From Escherichia coli (GTDB lineage: Bacteria > Pseudomonadota > Gammaproteobacteria > Enterobacterales > Enterobacteriaceae), in the NCBI RefSeq assembly GCF_013122565.1, contig NZ_CP053258.1: a stretch of 64,000 nt of DNA. The stretch is one strand, 5' to 3'. The stretch's first letter is position 1; each line of letters begins with the position of its first letter. Shown in pieces: positions 10,991 through 23,400 of the stretch. A model generated the notes under the pieces. That model saw only the letters and a program-made list of their open reading frames with translations. It had not been told where the DNA came from and ran no database searches. Made by a program: the position numbers and the translations under genes.

Positions 10991-11019
10991 CTCCTGTACG
11001 AGGACGCTACTGCGCACCT

Positions 11020-12222
11020 ATGACACAATTCGCTTCTCCTGTTCTGCACTCGTTGCTGGATACAGATGCTTATAAGTTGCATATGCAGCAAGCCGTGTTT
11101 CATCACTATTACGATGTGCATGTCGCGGCGGAGTTTCGTTGCCGAGGTGACGATCTGCTGGGTATTTATGCCGATGCTATTCGTGAACAGGTTCAGGCGA
11201 TGCAGCACCTGCGCCTGCAGGATGATGAATATCAGTGGCTTTCTGCCCTGCCTTTCTTTAAGGCCGACTATCTTAACTGGTTACGCGAGTTCCGCTTTAA
11301 CCCGGAACAAGTCACCGTGTCCAACGATAATGGCAAGCTGGATATTCGTTTAAGCGGCCCGTGGCGTGAAGTCATCCTCTGGGAAGTTCCTTTGCTGGCG
11401 GTTATCAGTGAAATGGTACATCGCTATCGCTCACCGCAGGCCGACGTTGCGCAAGCCCTCGACACGCTGGAAAGCAAATTAGTCGACTTCTCGGCGTTAA
11501 CCGCCGGTCTTGATATGTCGCGCTTCCATCTGATGGATTTTGGCACCCGTCGCCGTTTTTCTCGCGAAGTACAAGAAACCATCGTTAAGCGTCTGCAACA
11601 GGAATCCTGGTTCGTGGGCACCAGCAACTACGATCTGGCGCGTCGGCTTTCCCTCACGCCGATGGGAACACAGGCACACGAATGGTTCCAGGCACATCAG
11701 CAAATCAGCCCGGATCTAGCCAACAGCCAGCGAGCTGCACTTGCTGCCTGGCTGGAAGAATATCCCGACCAACTAGGCATTGCATTAACCGACTGCATCA
11801 CTATGGATGCTTTCCTGCGTGATTTCGGTGTCGAGTTCGCCAGTCGGTATCAGGGCCTGCGTCATGACTCTGGCGACCCGGTTGAATGGGGCGAAAAAGC
11901 CATTGCACATTATGAAAAGCTGGGAATTGATCCACAGAGTAAAACGCTGGTTTTCTCTGACAATCTGGATTTACGCAAAGCGGTCGAGCTATACCGCCAC
12001 TTCTCTTCCCGCGTGCAATTAAGTTTTGGTATTGGGACTCGCCTGACCTGCGATATCCCCCAGGTAAAACCCCTGAATATTGTCATTAAGTTGGTAGAGT
12101 GTAACGGTAAACCGGTGGCGAAACTTTCTGACAGCCCTGGCAAAACTATCTGCCACGATAAAGCGTTTGTGCGGGCGCTGCGCAAAGCGTTCGACCTTCC
12201 GCATATTAAAAAAGCCAGTTAA
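11020..12222 (+). CDS. pncB: Nicotinate phosphoribosyltransferase
   Basis: ORF 10972..12222; start at [24 protein letters not shown] (400 aa). Confidence 0.94.
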   Translation: MTQFASPVLHSLLDTDAYKLHMQQAVFHHYYDVHVAAEFRCRGDDLLGIYADAIREQVQAMQHLRLQDDEYQWLSALPFFKADYLNWLREFRFNPEQVTVSNDNGKLDIRLSGPWREVILWEVPLLAVISEMVHRYRSPQADVAQALDTLESKLVDFSALTAGLDMSRFHLMDFGTRRRFSREVQETIVKRLQQESWFVGTSNYDLARRLSLTPMGTQAHEWFQAHQQISPDLANSQRAALAAWLEEYPDQLGIALTDCITMDAFLRDFGVEFASRYQGLRHDSGDPVEWGEKAIAHYEKLGIDPQSKTLVFSDNLDLRKAVELYRHFSSRVQLSFGIGTRLTCDIPQVKPLNIVIKLVECNGKPVAKLSDSPGKTICHDKAFVRALRKAFDLPHIKKAS

Positions 12223-12230
12223 TATCATCA

Positions 12231-12255
12231 GGGAGCTAATCGGCTCCCTTTTTTT
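12231..12255 (+). terminator. Rho-independent terminator after pncB
   Basis: GGGAGC-taatcg-GCTCCC hairpin followed by T7 run. Confidence 0.6.
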
Positions 12256-12391
12256 ACCTTTAATTCCGAAATCTTTCGCTGCATTTGCGAATTCTGCTTG
12301 TCTGATTGCAGATGCCAGGTAACATAGGTATCCCCCCCATTTACGGGTGGACAAGTGTTTATTTTTTCCGACTATTAACAGAGAGAATATT

Positions 12392-13792
12392 ATGAGCGTT
12401 GTGCCTGTAGCCGACGTACTCCAGGGCCGCGTAGCCGTTGACAGCGAAGTCACCGTACGCGGATGGGTACGTACCCGCCGAGATTCAAAAGCTGGCATCT
12501 CCTTCCTCGCCGTTTATGACGGTTCCTGCTTTGATCCTGTACAGGCTGTCATCAATAATTCTCTGCCCAATTACAATGAAGACGTCCTGCGTCTGACCAC
12601 CGGTTGCTCGGTCATTGTGACGGGTAAAGTCGTGGCGTCGCCGGGCCAGGGGCAACAATTTGAAATTCAGGCCAGCAAGGTTGAAGTTGCTGGTTGGGTT
12701 GAAGATCCAGACACTTACCCGATGGCGGCAAAACGCCACAGCATTGAGTATCTGCGTGAAGTCGCTCACCTGCGTCCGCGCACAAACCTGATTGGTGCCG
12801 TCGCGCGCGTTCGTCATACGCTGGCGCAGGCGCTGCATCGCTTCTTTAACGAGCAGGGATTCTTCTGGGTTTCAACGCCACTGATTACTGCGTCTGATAC
12901 CGAAGGTGCTGGCGAAATGTTCCGCGTTTCTACGCTGGATCTGGAAAACCTGCCGCGTAACGATCAGGGCAAAGTGGATTTCGACAAAGACTTCTTTGGT
13001 AAAGAGTCTTTCCTGACCGTATCTGGCCAGTTGAACGGCGAAACCTACGCTTGCGCATTGTCCAAAATTTATACCTTCGGCCCGACTTTCCGTGCTGAAA
13101 ACTCCAACACCAGCCGTCACCTGGCGGAATTCTGGATGCTGGAGCCGGAAGTGGCGTTTGCTAACCTGAACGATATCGCGGGTCTGGCTGAAGCCATGCT
13201 GAAATATGTCTTCAAAGCGGTTCTCGAAGAACGCGCAGACGACATGAAATTCTTCGCTGAACGCGTAGATAAAGATGCCGTTTCACGTCTGGAACGCTTC
13301 ATTGAGGCCGATTTCGCGCAGGTGGATTACACCGACGCAGTGACCATTCTCGAAAACTGCGGCAGGAAGTTTGAAAACCCGGTTTACTGGGGCGTCGATC
13401 TCTCTTCTGAGCATGAGCGTTATCTGGCGGAAGAACACTTTAAAGCACCGGTAGTGGTTAAAAACTATCCGAAAGATATTAAAGCGTTCTATATGCGCCT
13501 CAACGAAGACGGTAAAACCGTTGCGGCTATGGACGTTCTGGCTCCGGGCATCGGTGAGATCATTGGTGGCTCCCAGCGTGAAGAACGTCTGGACGTGCTG
13601 GACGAGCGTATGCTGGAAATGGGCCTGAATAAAGAAGATTACTGGTGGTATCGCGATCTGCGTCGCTACGGTACTGTTCCGCATTCAGGTTTCGGTCTTG
13701 GTTTTGAACGCCTGATTGCTTACGTAACTGGTGTGCAAAACGTGCGTGATGTGATTCCGTTCCCACGTACTCCGCGTAACGCCAGCTTCTAA
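12392..13792 (+). CDS. asnS: Asparagine--tRNA ligase
   Basis: ORF 12347..13792; start at [25 protein letters not shown] (466 aa); class II aaRS. Confidence 0.95.
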
Positions 13793-13805
13793 TTTAGCGT
13801 CTACA

Positions 13806-13832
13806 AGAGCCAGCACCCGCTGGCTCTTTTTT
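13806..13832 (+). terminator. Rho-independent terminator after asnS
   Basis: AGAGCCAGC-accc-GCTGGCTCT hairpin followed by TTTTT. Confidence 0.7.
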
Positions 13833-14182
13833 ATCCTTTCTGTCAAGTTATCTGTTTGTTAAGTCAAGCAATCTATTTGCAACCCCGCCATAACGATCAT
13901 CCTGTTACGGAATATTACATTGCAACATTTACGCACAAAAAATAACCCGCATTCTTATTGCGGATTAGTTTTTTCTTAGCTGATAGCACAATTTTCATAC
14001 TATTTTTTGGCATTCTGGATGTCTGAAAGAAGATTTTGTGCCAGGTCGATAAAGTTTCCATCAGAAACAAAATTTCCGTTTAGTTAATTTAAATATAAGG
14101 AAATCATATAAATAGATAAAAATTGCTGTAAATATCATCACGCTTCTATGGAAATATGACGGTGTTCACAAAGTTCCTTAAT

Positions 14183-14245
14183 TTTTACTTTTGGTTACAT
14201 ATTTTTTCTTTTTGAAACCAAATCTTTATATTTGTAGCACTTTCA
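14183..14245 (+). promoter_or_regulatory. ompF promoter-proximal OmpR binding region (F1-F2-F3 tandem sites)
   Basis: TTTACTTTTGGTTACATATTT / TTTCTTTTTGAAACCAAATCT / TTATATTTGTAGCACTTTCAC: three tandem ~20-bp GTTACA/GAAAC-containing repeats located about -100 to -40 from the expected ompF start site (~110-nt leader). Confidence 0.55.
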
Positions 14246-14392
14246 CGGTAGCGAAACGTTAGTTTGAATGGAAAGATGCCTGCAGACACATAAAGACACC
14301 AAACTCTCATCAATAGTTCCGTAAATTTTTATTGACAGAACTTATTGACGGCAGTGGCAGGTGTCATAAAAAAACCATGAGGGTAATAAATA

Positions 14393-15481
14393 ATGATGAA
14401 GCGCAATATTCTGGCAGTGATCGTCCCTGCTCTGTTAGTAGCAGGTACTGCAAACGCTGCAGAAATCTATAACAAAGATGGCAACAAAGTAGATCTGTAC
14501 GGTAAAGCTGTCGGTCTGCATTATTTCTCCAAGGGTAACGGTGAAAACAGTTACGGTGGCAATGGCGACATGACCTATGCCCGTCTTGGTTTTAAAGGGG
14601 AAACTCAAATCAATTCCGATCTGACCGGTTATGGTCAGTGGGAATATAACTTCCAGGGTAACAACTCTGAAGGCGCTGACGCTCAAACTGGTAACAAAAC
14701 GCGTCTGGCATTCGCGGGTCTTAAATACGCTGACGTTGGTTCTTTCGATTACGGTCGTAACTACGGTGTGGTTTATGATGCACTGGGTTACACCGATATG
14801 CTGCCTGAGTTTGGCGGTGACACGGCATACAGCGATGACTTCTTCGTTGGTCGTGTTGGCGGCGTTGCTACCTATCGTAACTCCAACTTCTTTGGTCTGG
14901 TTGATGGCCTGAACTTCGCTGTTCAGTACCTGGGTAAAAACGAGCGTGACACTGCACGCCGCTCTAACGGCGACGGTGTTGGCGGTTCTATCAGCTACGA
15001 ATACGAAGGCTTTGGTATCGTTGGTGCTTATGGTGCAGCTGACCGTACCAACCTGCAAGAAGCTCAACCTCTTGGCAACGGTAAAAAAGCTGAACAGTGG
15101 GCTACTGGTCTGAAGTACGACGCGAACAACATCTACCTGGCAGCGAACTACGGTGAAACCCGTAACGCTACGCCGATCACTAATAAATTTACAAACACCA
15201 GCGGCTTCGCCAACAAAACGCAAGACGTTCTGTTAGTTGCGCAATACCAGTTCGATTTCGGTCTGCGTCCGTCCATCGCTTACACCAAATCTAAAGCGAA
15301 AGACGTAGAAGGTATCGGTGATGTTGATCTGGTGAACTACTTTGAAGTGGGCGCAACCTACTACTTCAACAAAAACATGTCCACCTATGTTGACTACATC
15401 ATCAACCAGATCGATTCTGACAACAAACTGGGCGTAGGTTCAGACGACACCGTTGCTGTGGGTATCGTTTACCAGTTCTAA
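14393..15481 (+). CDS. ompF: Outer membrane porin F
   Basis: 362-aa [25 protein letters not shown]…VGIVYQF; C-terminal Phe beta-barrel signature. Confidence 0.98.
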
Positions 15482-15507
15482 TAGCACACCTCTTTGTTAA
15501 ATGCCGA

Positions 15508-15536
15508 AAAAACAGGACTTTGGTCCTGTTTTTTTT
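15508..15536 (+). terminator. Rho-independent terminator after ompF
   Basis: AACAGGAC-tttg-GTCCTGTT hairpin followed by T8 run. Confidence 0.7.
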
Positions 15537-15665
15537 ATGCCTTCCAGAGCAATCTCACGTCTTGCAAAAACAGCCTGCGTTTTCATCAGTAATAGTTGGA
15601 ATTTTGTAAATCTCCCGTTACCCTGATAGCGGACTTCCCTTCTGTAACCATAATGGAACCTCGTC

Positions 15666-16856
15666 ATGTTTGAGAACATTACCGCCGCTCCTGCCGACCC
15701 GATTCTGGGCCTGGCCGATCTGTTTCGTGCCGATGAACGTCCCGGCAAAATTAACCTCGGGATTGGTGTCTATAAAGATGAGACGGGCAAAACCCCGGTA
15801 CTGACCAGCGTGAAAAAGGCTGAACAGTATCTGCTCGAAAATGAAACCACCAAAAATTACCTCGGCATTGACGGCATCCCTGAATTTGGTCGCTGCACTC
15901 AGGAACTGCTGTTTGGTAAAGGTAGCGCCCTGATCAATGACAAACGTGCTCGCACGGCACAGACTCCGGGTGGCACTGGCGCACTACGCGTGGCTGCCGA
16001 TTTCCTGGCAAAAAATACCAGCGTTAAGCGTGTGTGGGTGAGCAACCCAAGCTGGCCGAACCATAAGAGCGTCTTTAACTCTGCAGGTCTGGAAGTTCGT
16101 GAATACGCTTATTATGATGCGGAAAACCACACCCTTGACTTCGATGCACTGATTAACAGCCTGAACGAAGCTCAGGCTGGCGACGTAGTGCTGTTCCATG
16201 GCTGCTGCCATAACCCAACCGGTATCGACCCTACGCTGGAACAATGGCAGACACTGGCACAACTCTCCGTTGAGAAAGGCTGGTTACCGCTGTTTGACTT
16301 CGCTTACCAGGGGTTTGCCCGTGGTCTGGAAGAAGATGCTGAAGGACTGCGCGCTTTCGCGGCTATGCATAAAGAGCTGATTGTTGCCAGTTCCTACTCT
16401 AAAAACTTTGGCCTGTACAACGAGCGTGTTGGCGCTTGTACTCTGGTTGCTGCCGACAGTGAAACCGTTGATCGCGCATTCAGCCAAATGAAAGCGGCGA
16501 TTCGCGCTAACTACTCTAACCCACCAGCACACGGCGCTTCTGTTGTTGCCACCATCCTGAGCAACGATGCGTTACGTGCGATTTGGGAACAAGAGCTGAC
16601 TGATATGCGCCAGCGTATTCAGCGTATGCGTCAGTTGTTCGTCAATACGCTGCAGGAAAAAGGCGCAAACCGCGACTTCAGCTTTATCATCAAACAGAAC
16701 GGCATGTTCTCCTTCAGTGGCCTGACAAAAGAACAAGTGCTGCGTCTGCGCGAAGAGTTTGGCGTGTATGCTGTTGCTTCTGGTCGCGTAAACGTGGCCG
16801 GGATGACACCAGATAATATGGCTCCGCTGTGCGAAGCGATTGTGGCAGTGCTGTAA
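15666..16856 (+). CDS. aspC: Aspartate aminotransferase
   Basis: 396-aa [39 protein letters not shown]…. Confidence 0.97.
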   Translation: MFENITAAPADPILGLADLFRADERPGKINLGIGVYKDETGKTPVLTSVKKAEQYLLENETTKNYLGIDGIPEFGRCTQELLFGKGSALINDKRARTAQTPGGTGALRVAADFLAKNTSVKRVWVSNPSWPNHKSVFNSAGLEVREYAYYDAENHTLDFDALINSLNEAQAGDVVLFHGCCHNPTGIDPTLEQWQTLAQLSVEKGWLPLFDFAYQGFARGLEEDAEGLRAFAAMHKELIVASSYSKNFGLYNERVGACTLVAADSETVDRAFSQMKAAIRANYSNPPAHGASVVATILSNDALRAIWEQELTDMRQRIQRMRQLFVNTLQEKGANRDFSFIIKQNGMFSFSGLTKEQVLRLREEFGVYAVASGRVNVAGMTPDNMAPLCEAIVAVL

Positions 16857-16871
16857 ACGTTAAAAACAATG

Positions 16872-16897
16872 AAGCCCGCTGAAAAGCGGGCTTTTTT
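16872..16897 (+). terminator. Rho-independent terminator after aspC (in convergent gap with gloC)
   Basis: AAGCCCGCT-gaaa-AGCGGGCTT hairpin followed by TTTTT. Confidence 0.7.
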
Positions 16898-16905
16898 ATG
16901 CGCCT

Positions 16906-17553
16906 TTACCAGACGGGCATTTCGTCTTGCAGGAAGGGATTATGCAGGCGTTCATAACCAAGTGTGGATAATGGTCCGTGACCCGGAATAAATGTCACGT
17001 CATCCCCCAGTGGCAGCAATTTATCTTTGATTGAAGAAATCAGTTGATTATGATCGCCACGCGGGAAGTCACTGCGCCCTACTCCGCCTTTGAAAATAAC
17101 ATCGCCAGAAATCAGCAGCTTTGCCCGATCATCAAAAAACACGACATGACCCGGCGTATGCCCAGGGCAATGTAACACCTGTAAAGTCACATTCCCTATG
17201 CTGATAGTATCGCCTTCGTTCAGCCAACGATCTGGTGTCAGCGGCTGGCACTCTTCCAGACCAAACATACGACTTTGCGCAGGCAAGCCTTGCAGCCAGA
17301 ACTCATCTTCTTTTTCCGGGCCAAAAACCGGCACGCCGTAATGTTGCGCCAGTTCCGCCGCTGCGCCAACGTGGTCCAGATGACCATGCGTCAGCAGGAT
17401 CTGCATCAGTGTCAGGCCGCTGTCATCAACTTCCTGTTTGATTTTTTCCGCATCGCCGCCAGGATCGACCAGTGCGGCCAGGCGGGTTTGTTCACACCAG
17501 ATCAATGAACAGTTCTGGGAGAATGCGGTGACCGGAATAATACGATAGTTCAT
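16906..17553 (-). CDS. gloC: Metallo-beta-lactamase-fold hydroxyacylglutathione hydrolase (glyoxalase II-like) GloC/YcbL
   Basis: 215-aa ORF with HxHxDH motif ([12 protein letters not shown]). Confidence 0.9.
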   Translation of the reverse strand: MNYRIIPVTAFSQNCSLIWCEQTRLAALVDPGGDAEKIKQEVDDSGLTLMQILLTHGHLDHVGAAAELAQHYGVPVFGPEKEDEFWLQGLPAQSRMFGLEECQPLTPDRWLNEGDTISIGNVTLQVLHCPGHTPGHVVFFDDRAKLLISGDVIFKGGVGRSDFPRGDHNQLISSIKDKLLPLGDDVTFIPGHGPLSTLGYERLHNPFLQDEMPVW

Positions 17554-17579
17554 ACTGCCCCTGTTTCGTTAAGCGATTA

Positions 17580-18128
17580 CTACCAGTGCCGTGCTGGCCC
17601 GGTATCAATATGCACAAAGTTACTACGTGGGTAATATCCTACACCACCTGCGCGCATAGATAACGCGGCTTTGCGAATATTGCTTAACGCGATACCTTCA
17701 ATATGGAAATCCATCGCCTGGCCTTTAGTGTGATAGCTTTTCTTCGCTACTCCACGGCTGCGGGCGCGTAGTTCATTGTTGGTATCAATAGAACGATAAC
17801 CGGAAATGAGTTGCACCGGTTTGCGAGTGCCTAACAACCCTTGCAGGCGATACAACTGGTCGAATAATCCTGGGTCGATGGACTTTATTTTGTTCGCGCG
17901 GTAATCGCGGAAAAAATGGTTAAGTTTTGCCAATTCTTCCTGAATATAGCCTCTGCCATCGAAAAACTCCGCTTTGATTGACTCTCCGGTATGAAGATTA
18001 TTGAGTGTCAAAATGCGCGGGCGTGGGGTAGAGAGTGTTGCAAACGCAGGGGTCGGCAGGATGGCGGCACCGAGTGCAACGCCACCAAGCGCCAGCAATT
18101 TGCGGCGATTAGCGTCGAATTTGTCCAT
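17580..18128 (-). CDS. mepK: Peptidoglycan L,D-endopeptidase MepK (YcbK)
   Basis: ORF 17580..18137; start at MDKFDANRRKLLALGGVALGAA (twin-arginine-type signal), 182 aa. Confidence 0.9.
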   Translation of the reverse strand: MDKFDANRRKLLALGGVALGAAILPTPAFATLSTPRPRILTLNNLHTGESIKAEFFDGRGYIQEELAKLNHFFRDYRANKIKSIDPGLFDQLYRLQGLLGTRKPVQLISGYRSIDTNNELRARSRGVAKKSYHTKGQAMDFHIEGIALSNIRKAALSMRAGGVGYYPRSNFVHIDTGPARHW

Positions 18129-18308
18129 GATAATCAAGTCTACAGGTCAATGTTATCGTTTATATGCACTTCTGGCGCACAAGAGGCACCTTAACCGCCC
18201 GTAAAGCAGACGTCAAGATGACTCAACCCCAGCAGTGACGGGGGCTGCAGAGAATTGCCCCCAATCATGCTAATTATTACGACAACTGATTTCCCCGAAC
18301 TACTTCAT

Positions 18309-20156
18309 TTACCTGATTAATTGTTCCGCTTTCGATACGATTTGCGAGCTGGATCGCGCAGGCAGATCATAATTGTAAATATCTGTACGATACTGGGTAC
18401 GACCATCTGCACCAACAAAGGCCGTCAGGTAGTAGAGATTCACCGGAATCGACTGCCGAATATTGACGTAACGTGTATCACCCTGCTTCAGCGCATCAGA
18501 AATACGTTTGTCATTCCAGCCTGCATCCTGCAACAGCATATTCGCCAGATCGGAAGCTTTATTCACTCGTACACAGCCTGAGCTCAATGCGCGTGTATCA
18601 CGCTTGAACAGATTGTGGTTCGGCGTGTCATGCAAATAAATGGCCTCTGAACTCGGCATATTGAATTTATAGCGCCCCAGCGAGTTTCGTGGGCCTGGAG
18701 CCTGCTGGAAGCGGAACGGTAAATTCGAGGCCGTGATTGTAGACCAGTCAACCTGCCATGGGTCAATCGCTTCTCTGCTGTTCCAGCCGCGCATCACCGT
18801 ATAGCCATGGCTTTCGAGATATCCCGGATCGTTGCGCACTTTCGGCAGAATATCTTTGCGTGCCAGAGTTGGTGGTACGTTCCACGGCGGGTTTACCACT
18901 ACGTTGTTAAGGGCACTGCTCATCATCGGCGTTTTGCGATCGGGGCGACCGACAATGACTCGCGAATCCAGCACCTGATTGCCGTTCTGATAATAAACCA
19001 GCGAATAGGCCGGAATGTTAACCATGATCCCGGTAGAAAGCTCTGTTGGCAGCAAGCGCAATCGCTGGATGTTGAGAGCCAACACGCCAGCACGCTGGGC
19101 GGGCGTTACGTTTAACCAGTCCCGCGTTGCCGGGCCAATAGCACCATCTGCCCCCAATCCTTGCCATGCCTGAAAACGTTTAACGGCTTCCACCAGTTCA
19201 TTATCGTAGGCGGCACGAACGGCAGGCGCAGGTTTACTACGAGACGTCGTTTGTTTGTCCATCGGTTTAGTTTCTGCTGTTTCAACAGTAACAGCGGATG
19301 GGCTGACTACCGCGTCACTTGGCGTGTCATCGCCAGGTAGAGTAATTTTCGGCCCCCCGTCCAACATGCCTGTGCGTTGCAATATTTCGCGCAACGCCGG
19401 TACGTCGTTACTCCACTGCCCTGGGCGCAACGTTGCTTTACCGGTCAGTTGAGGCCACGGTTTGGTGTCACTGAGTAAGGCCAGTAACGATTCATGCATC
19501 GCCGCATATTGCGGATGCTGCGGTGCCAGTCCTGCAACAAACGTAGGCAATTGACCTTTATCCAGCGCCAGCTGCCATTGGTTAATCACCGAAAGCGGCG
19601 GCGTTGAAAGCGCATAAGGTTTACTGCTATATAGCCAGCGAGTGCCTTTGACCGGAATATTTGCAATGAAATGGAGATAGCCCATCATCGCATCGGAGAG
19701 CACCACGTCGCGTGCCATCCCGTTAACACCAGGATCGGTCAGTAACTCTACCCATTTATTAAACTGCGGCTGGAAACCGGCAATCGCCACCTCTGCCAGC
19801 TGTTGCTGGAAGGCTTTAACAGCATCACGGTTTTCCCACATGGGTTGCATATCGCGTGCGGCATACAACAGTTGAAGCTGGTTAAGATAAACCGGCTTGT
19901 AACCTGCGGGTAATTGAGATTCGATTTGCGTGCGGGCTTTTTCAGCCGCACCTTCAGGCAATGGCTGGATCCCCGCCATTATTGCCGTGGCTTGCGCCTG
20001 CGGCAGTGCCTCGCCCTGTTCACTGACAGCCACCGGGCTGTCGCCAGGGATTACTTCAGGCTCATCGGCCTGCGCATTGAACAGTGGAGCGAATGTTACG
20101 GCCAGGCACAAACTGATTGCCGACAGCCGACGACCACACATCATATTAAGCAACAT
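18309..20156 (-). CDS. ldtD: L,D-transpeptidase LdtD (YcbB)
   Basis: 615-aa ORF with signal peptide and YkuD-type catalytic region (…ALSSGCVRV…). Confidence 0.92.
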   Translation of the reverse strand: MLLNMMCGRRLSAISLCLAVTFAPLFNAQADEPEVIPGDSPVAVSEQGEALPQAQATAIMAGIQPLPEGAAEKARTQIESQLPAGYKPVYLNQLQLLYAARDMQPMWENRDAVKAFQQQLAEVAIAGFQPQFNKWVELLTDPGVNGMARDVVLSDAMMGYLHFIANIPVKGTRWLYSSKPYALSTPPLSVINQWQLALDKGQLPTFVAGLAPQHPQYAAMHESLLALLSDTKPWPQLTGKATLRPGQWSNDVPALREILQRTGMLDGGPKITLPGDDTPSDAVVSPSAVTVETAETKPMDKQTTSRSKPAPAVRAAYDNELVEAVKRFQAWQGLGADGAIGPATRDWLNVTPAQRAGVLALNIQRLRLLPTELSTGIMVNIPAYSLVYYQNGNQVLDSRVIVGRPDRKTPMMSSALNNVVVNPPWNVPPTLARKDILPKVRNDPGYLESHGYTVMRGWNSREAIDPWQVDWSTITASNLPFRFQQAPGPRNSLGRYKFNMPSSEAIYLHDTPNHNLFKRDTRALSSGCVRVNKASDLANMLLQDAGWNDKRISDALKQGDTRYVNIRQSIPVNLYYLTAFVGADGRTQYRTDIYNYDLPARSSSQIVSKAEQLIR

Positions 20157-20377
20157 CCCTTGCCCCCTGTTTTTATCATACTCTGAATAGCCAGGCTGTT
20201 ATTTTACGACTTGCCTGTACAACGCCAATACTCACGAAAGTATGACGAGCAAGCCTGTTACTCATCAGGCTTATCTTCAGTATATAAACGCCGATACGTT
20301 TTTACATAACCTAATGTAAAGAAGTTTAAAGAAAAGCGCGCCGTTATGTGCCATTTTTTTAGTGCAGAAACGGAGTT

Positions 20378-20412
20378 TTCGGAAAAAGAAAAGGCGGCAT
20401 TGCTGCCGCCTT
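20378..20412 (-). terminator. Rho-independent terminator after mukB
   Basis: AAGGCGGCA-ttgc-TGCCGCCTT hairpin; on the mukB strand followed by UUUUCUUUUUCC. Confidence 0.6.
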
Positions 20413-20416
20413 AATT

Positions 20417-23400
20417 TTAACTCGCCTGAGAAGGCGCTTCGTCACTTCCTGGAAGCGTTTCAGGGAGTTGCGGCGCAAATCCTCGCAGGCCGACGACATG
20501 AACGTGTTCGGTATTCTGGAAGACTTTACGTACCAGTTTATAGGTGGTGCCTTTTTCCGGACTGATATTTTCCGGCGCTGCGATGATGAGCTGCATTTGC
20601 AAACGTTCACACAATTCAAACAGCGTGGCGATAGAACGAGCATCCAGTCGCGCTGCTTCATCGAGGAACAGCAGGCGGCAAGGAGAGATATCTTTACCGC
20701 GCAGACGGCGAGATTCATCTTCCCAGCTTTGTACCACCATCACCAGAATCGACATACCGGTACCAATCGCCTCACCGGTCGACAATGCACCAGACTCTGC
20801 GCGCAACCAGCCATCGGAACCACGGTTAACCTCAACTTCCATTTCCAGATAGTTGCGGTAATCCAGCAGTTCTTCGCCAATGGTCTGCGGCGTGCGCTGC
20901 CCCATATCAATCTGCGGATTAAGACGCTGATACAATTTCGCCAGCGCTTCCGAGAAGGTCAGACGGTTGCTGTTAAACAGATCCTGATGCTGCTCGTGCT
21001 GTTCAGAGAGCACATCCAGCAGCATGGCGTGCGTTTCACGCACGTTCACGTTCAGGCGGACGCTGTTCACCTGACCGAACGATACGTTCTGCAAGCCCTG
21101 GTTGAGCATACGGATACGGTTCTGTTCGCGCTGAATAGTTTTGCGGATGATGTTCGCCACACTGCGGGAACTGATTGCCAGTTTCTGTTCACGGGAGGTT
21201 AACTCTTCGGTCAGACGGCTAAGTTCGATCTCCATCTGCTCGATAGCTTCCACTGGATCATCGGTACGAATAATATCCTGACGAATACGTTCACGCAGAT
21301 GCTGATAAACCGCCACGAAGAACTGGATTTTGCGCTCAGGTCGTTTCGGATCTTCCGACATACGCAGCACATCGCGCAGATGTTCGTTATCCGCCACCGC
21401 CAGACGCAGCGCACCCAACGCCTTATCCGACATGGAGCGCAAATCATCAGCGGAGAGATAAGCCAGCTCACGACGGTGTAAGCGGCGCTCAACGCCGTTA
21501 TCTTTCACCATGCGCATCACCGCACACCAGCCCGCTTTGGCGGTCACTACCTGCTCGCGCATCTCAAAGTAATCCCGCTCCAGCTTGCGCAGTTTGCGGG
21601 TCAGGTTGTCCATCTCCGCTTCGCAGAAGGTAAGCGCTTTTTCCAGTTGATTGCGGCGTGAACGGTTATTGCTCAGTTGCGCATGCAGCTCGTCACGGCG
21701 AATACGCGCCCGCTCTTCTGCCCCGCTATCAGCACGCACGCCGATATCCTGCAATTCACGTTGCAGATCGTTGAGTAGCTCTTTTTTGGTGTCGTAAGAA
21801 CTTTTCAGCGAAGCCAGCACCTGGTTGTACTGACTCAACTGCGCTGCGTGACCGCGCAACGCTTCGCGAGCGCGGGTACGCTCCGCTTCCGCCTGTTCCA
21901 GACGTTCACGCAGTTTTTCGTTGAGATCGCTGTTACCGCTAAGCATTTCTGCCGAGTCAGAGTAGCTAAAGTGCGCACGACGCTGCACCACTTCCGTCAG
22001 GGCAAACGCCTGCTGACGGGCATCACGCTGCATCTGCTGAGAGTACGCGTAATCTTCTTTTAACTGTTCGAACTGTTCCGGGTCGCTCTGCAACACTGAA
22101 ACAATCGGTTCCAGTTTCGCCAGTTGATTGCCAAACTGCTGAACAAAACGCGCGGCTTCCTGGGCTTCATCCAGACGTTCGCGGATTTCATCGACGCGAT
22201 CCGCCAGGCTGTCATCAGCCAACAGGTTGAGACGCGGCAGAATGCGGTTCAGCGCCGTAACGCCCTCTTTCGCCTGCTCAAATTGAATACGCTGCTGCTG
22301 GTTATCATTTTCATGATTACTCAGCGCCCGCTCCAGTTCGACGCGACGGCTGTTCAGTTGACGGATTTCTGCTTCCGGGTCAGACTCAAACGCCACCGCC
22401 AGATGACTGCCGATAAAGCGGCTGAACGCCTGATGCAGACGCTGGGTTTTCTGTACATCAAAGGAGAGCGTGGCGAAGCGTTCGGAAAGCACTTCACGCT
22501 CGGCATGGAGGCTTTCAATACGGCTTTCACGCGCAGCACGACCAAACAGCGGCACTTCCGGGAAACGTGAATAACGCCACTGACGATCGGCGATTTTCAC
22601 CACTACCGCTTTTTCCAGCTCATCAACGCTGAACACGCTGTCATCGAATGACTGCGGATCCCCTTCGATCAAATAGAGATCTTCCGGGCAATCGGTCAAG
22701 CCTTCCAGGTGTTCGGTTACCTGTGACAGATCTGGCACCACGATGGCGTGGCGTGACGGGCCATACAATGCCGAGAAGTACGGCGCATCTTCCAGGCTAA
22801 CGTCGTCATAAATTTCTGACAGCAGCACACCACCAAAACGCTCCGCCAGCGCGTTCAGACGCTGATCTTCCGAGCCGCCAGGCTGGCTTAAACGTTCGAT
22901 CTCTTCATCGACAGCGTTTTTGCGCGCGCCCACTTCATCGCGTTCAACAATCGCCTCTCGCTCACGCTCCAGCAACTGTTGCAGATATTCGGTAACGTCC
23001 TGGCTGGAGGTGAACTCTTCGCCGCACTGTTCGCTCAACTGGTTGAGACTGTTTTGCGCTGCCAGCCAAACCGGCGCACGCTGCATCAAACTCTGAATGC
23101 GAGACTGCAGCTGTTCCTGCTCCTGGCGCAGTGCCATACGCTCTTCGCGGGCGTTAGACACGCTATCGGAAAGAGAGGCAATACGCGCTTCCAGCTCCTG
23201 ATGCAGGGCTTCCAGTTCGTCGATATCAAAATTCTTGCCCTGACGTTTGCAGAAATCTGCCAGCAGGCGTTCGGCTTCTTGCTGCTCGCGCAGACGCTGT
23301 TCCAGTTCGCTTAAGCGCATCCGCAACGGCTGAACCTGCTCTGCCAGGTGACGCTGATCGACCCCTTCGCGCAATAGTTCGCGAGCGACATCCCACGCCT

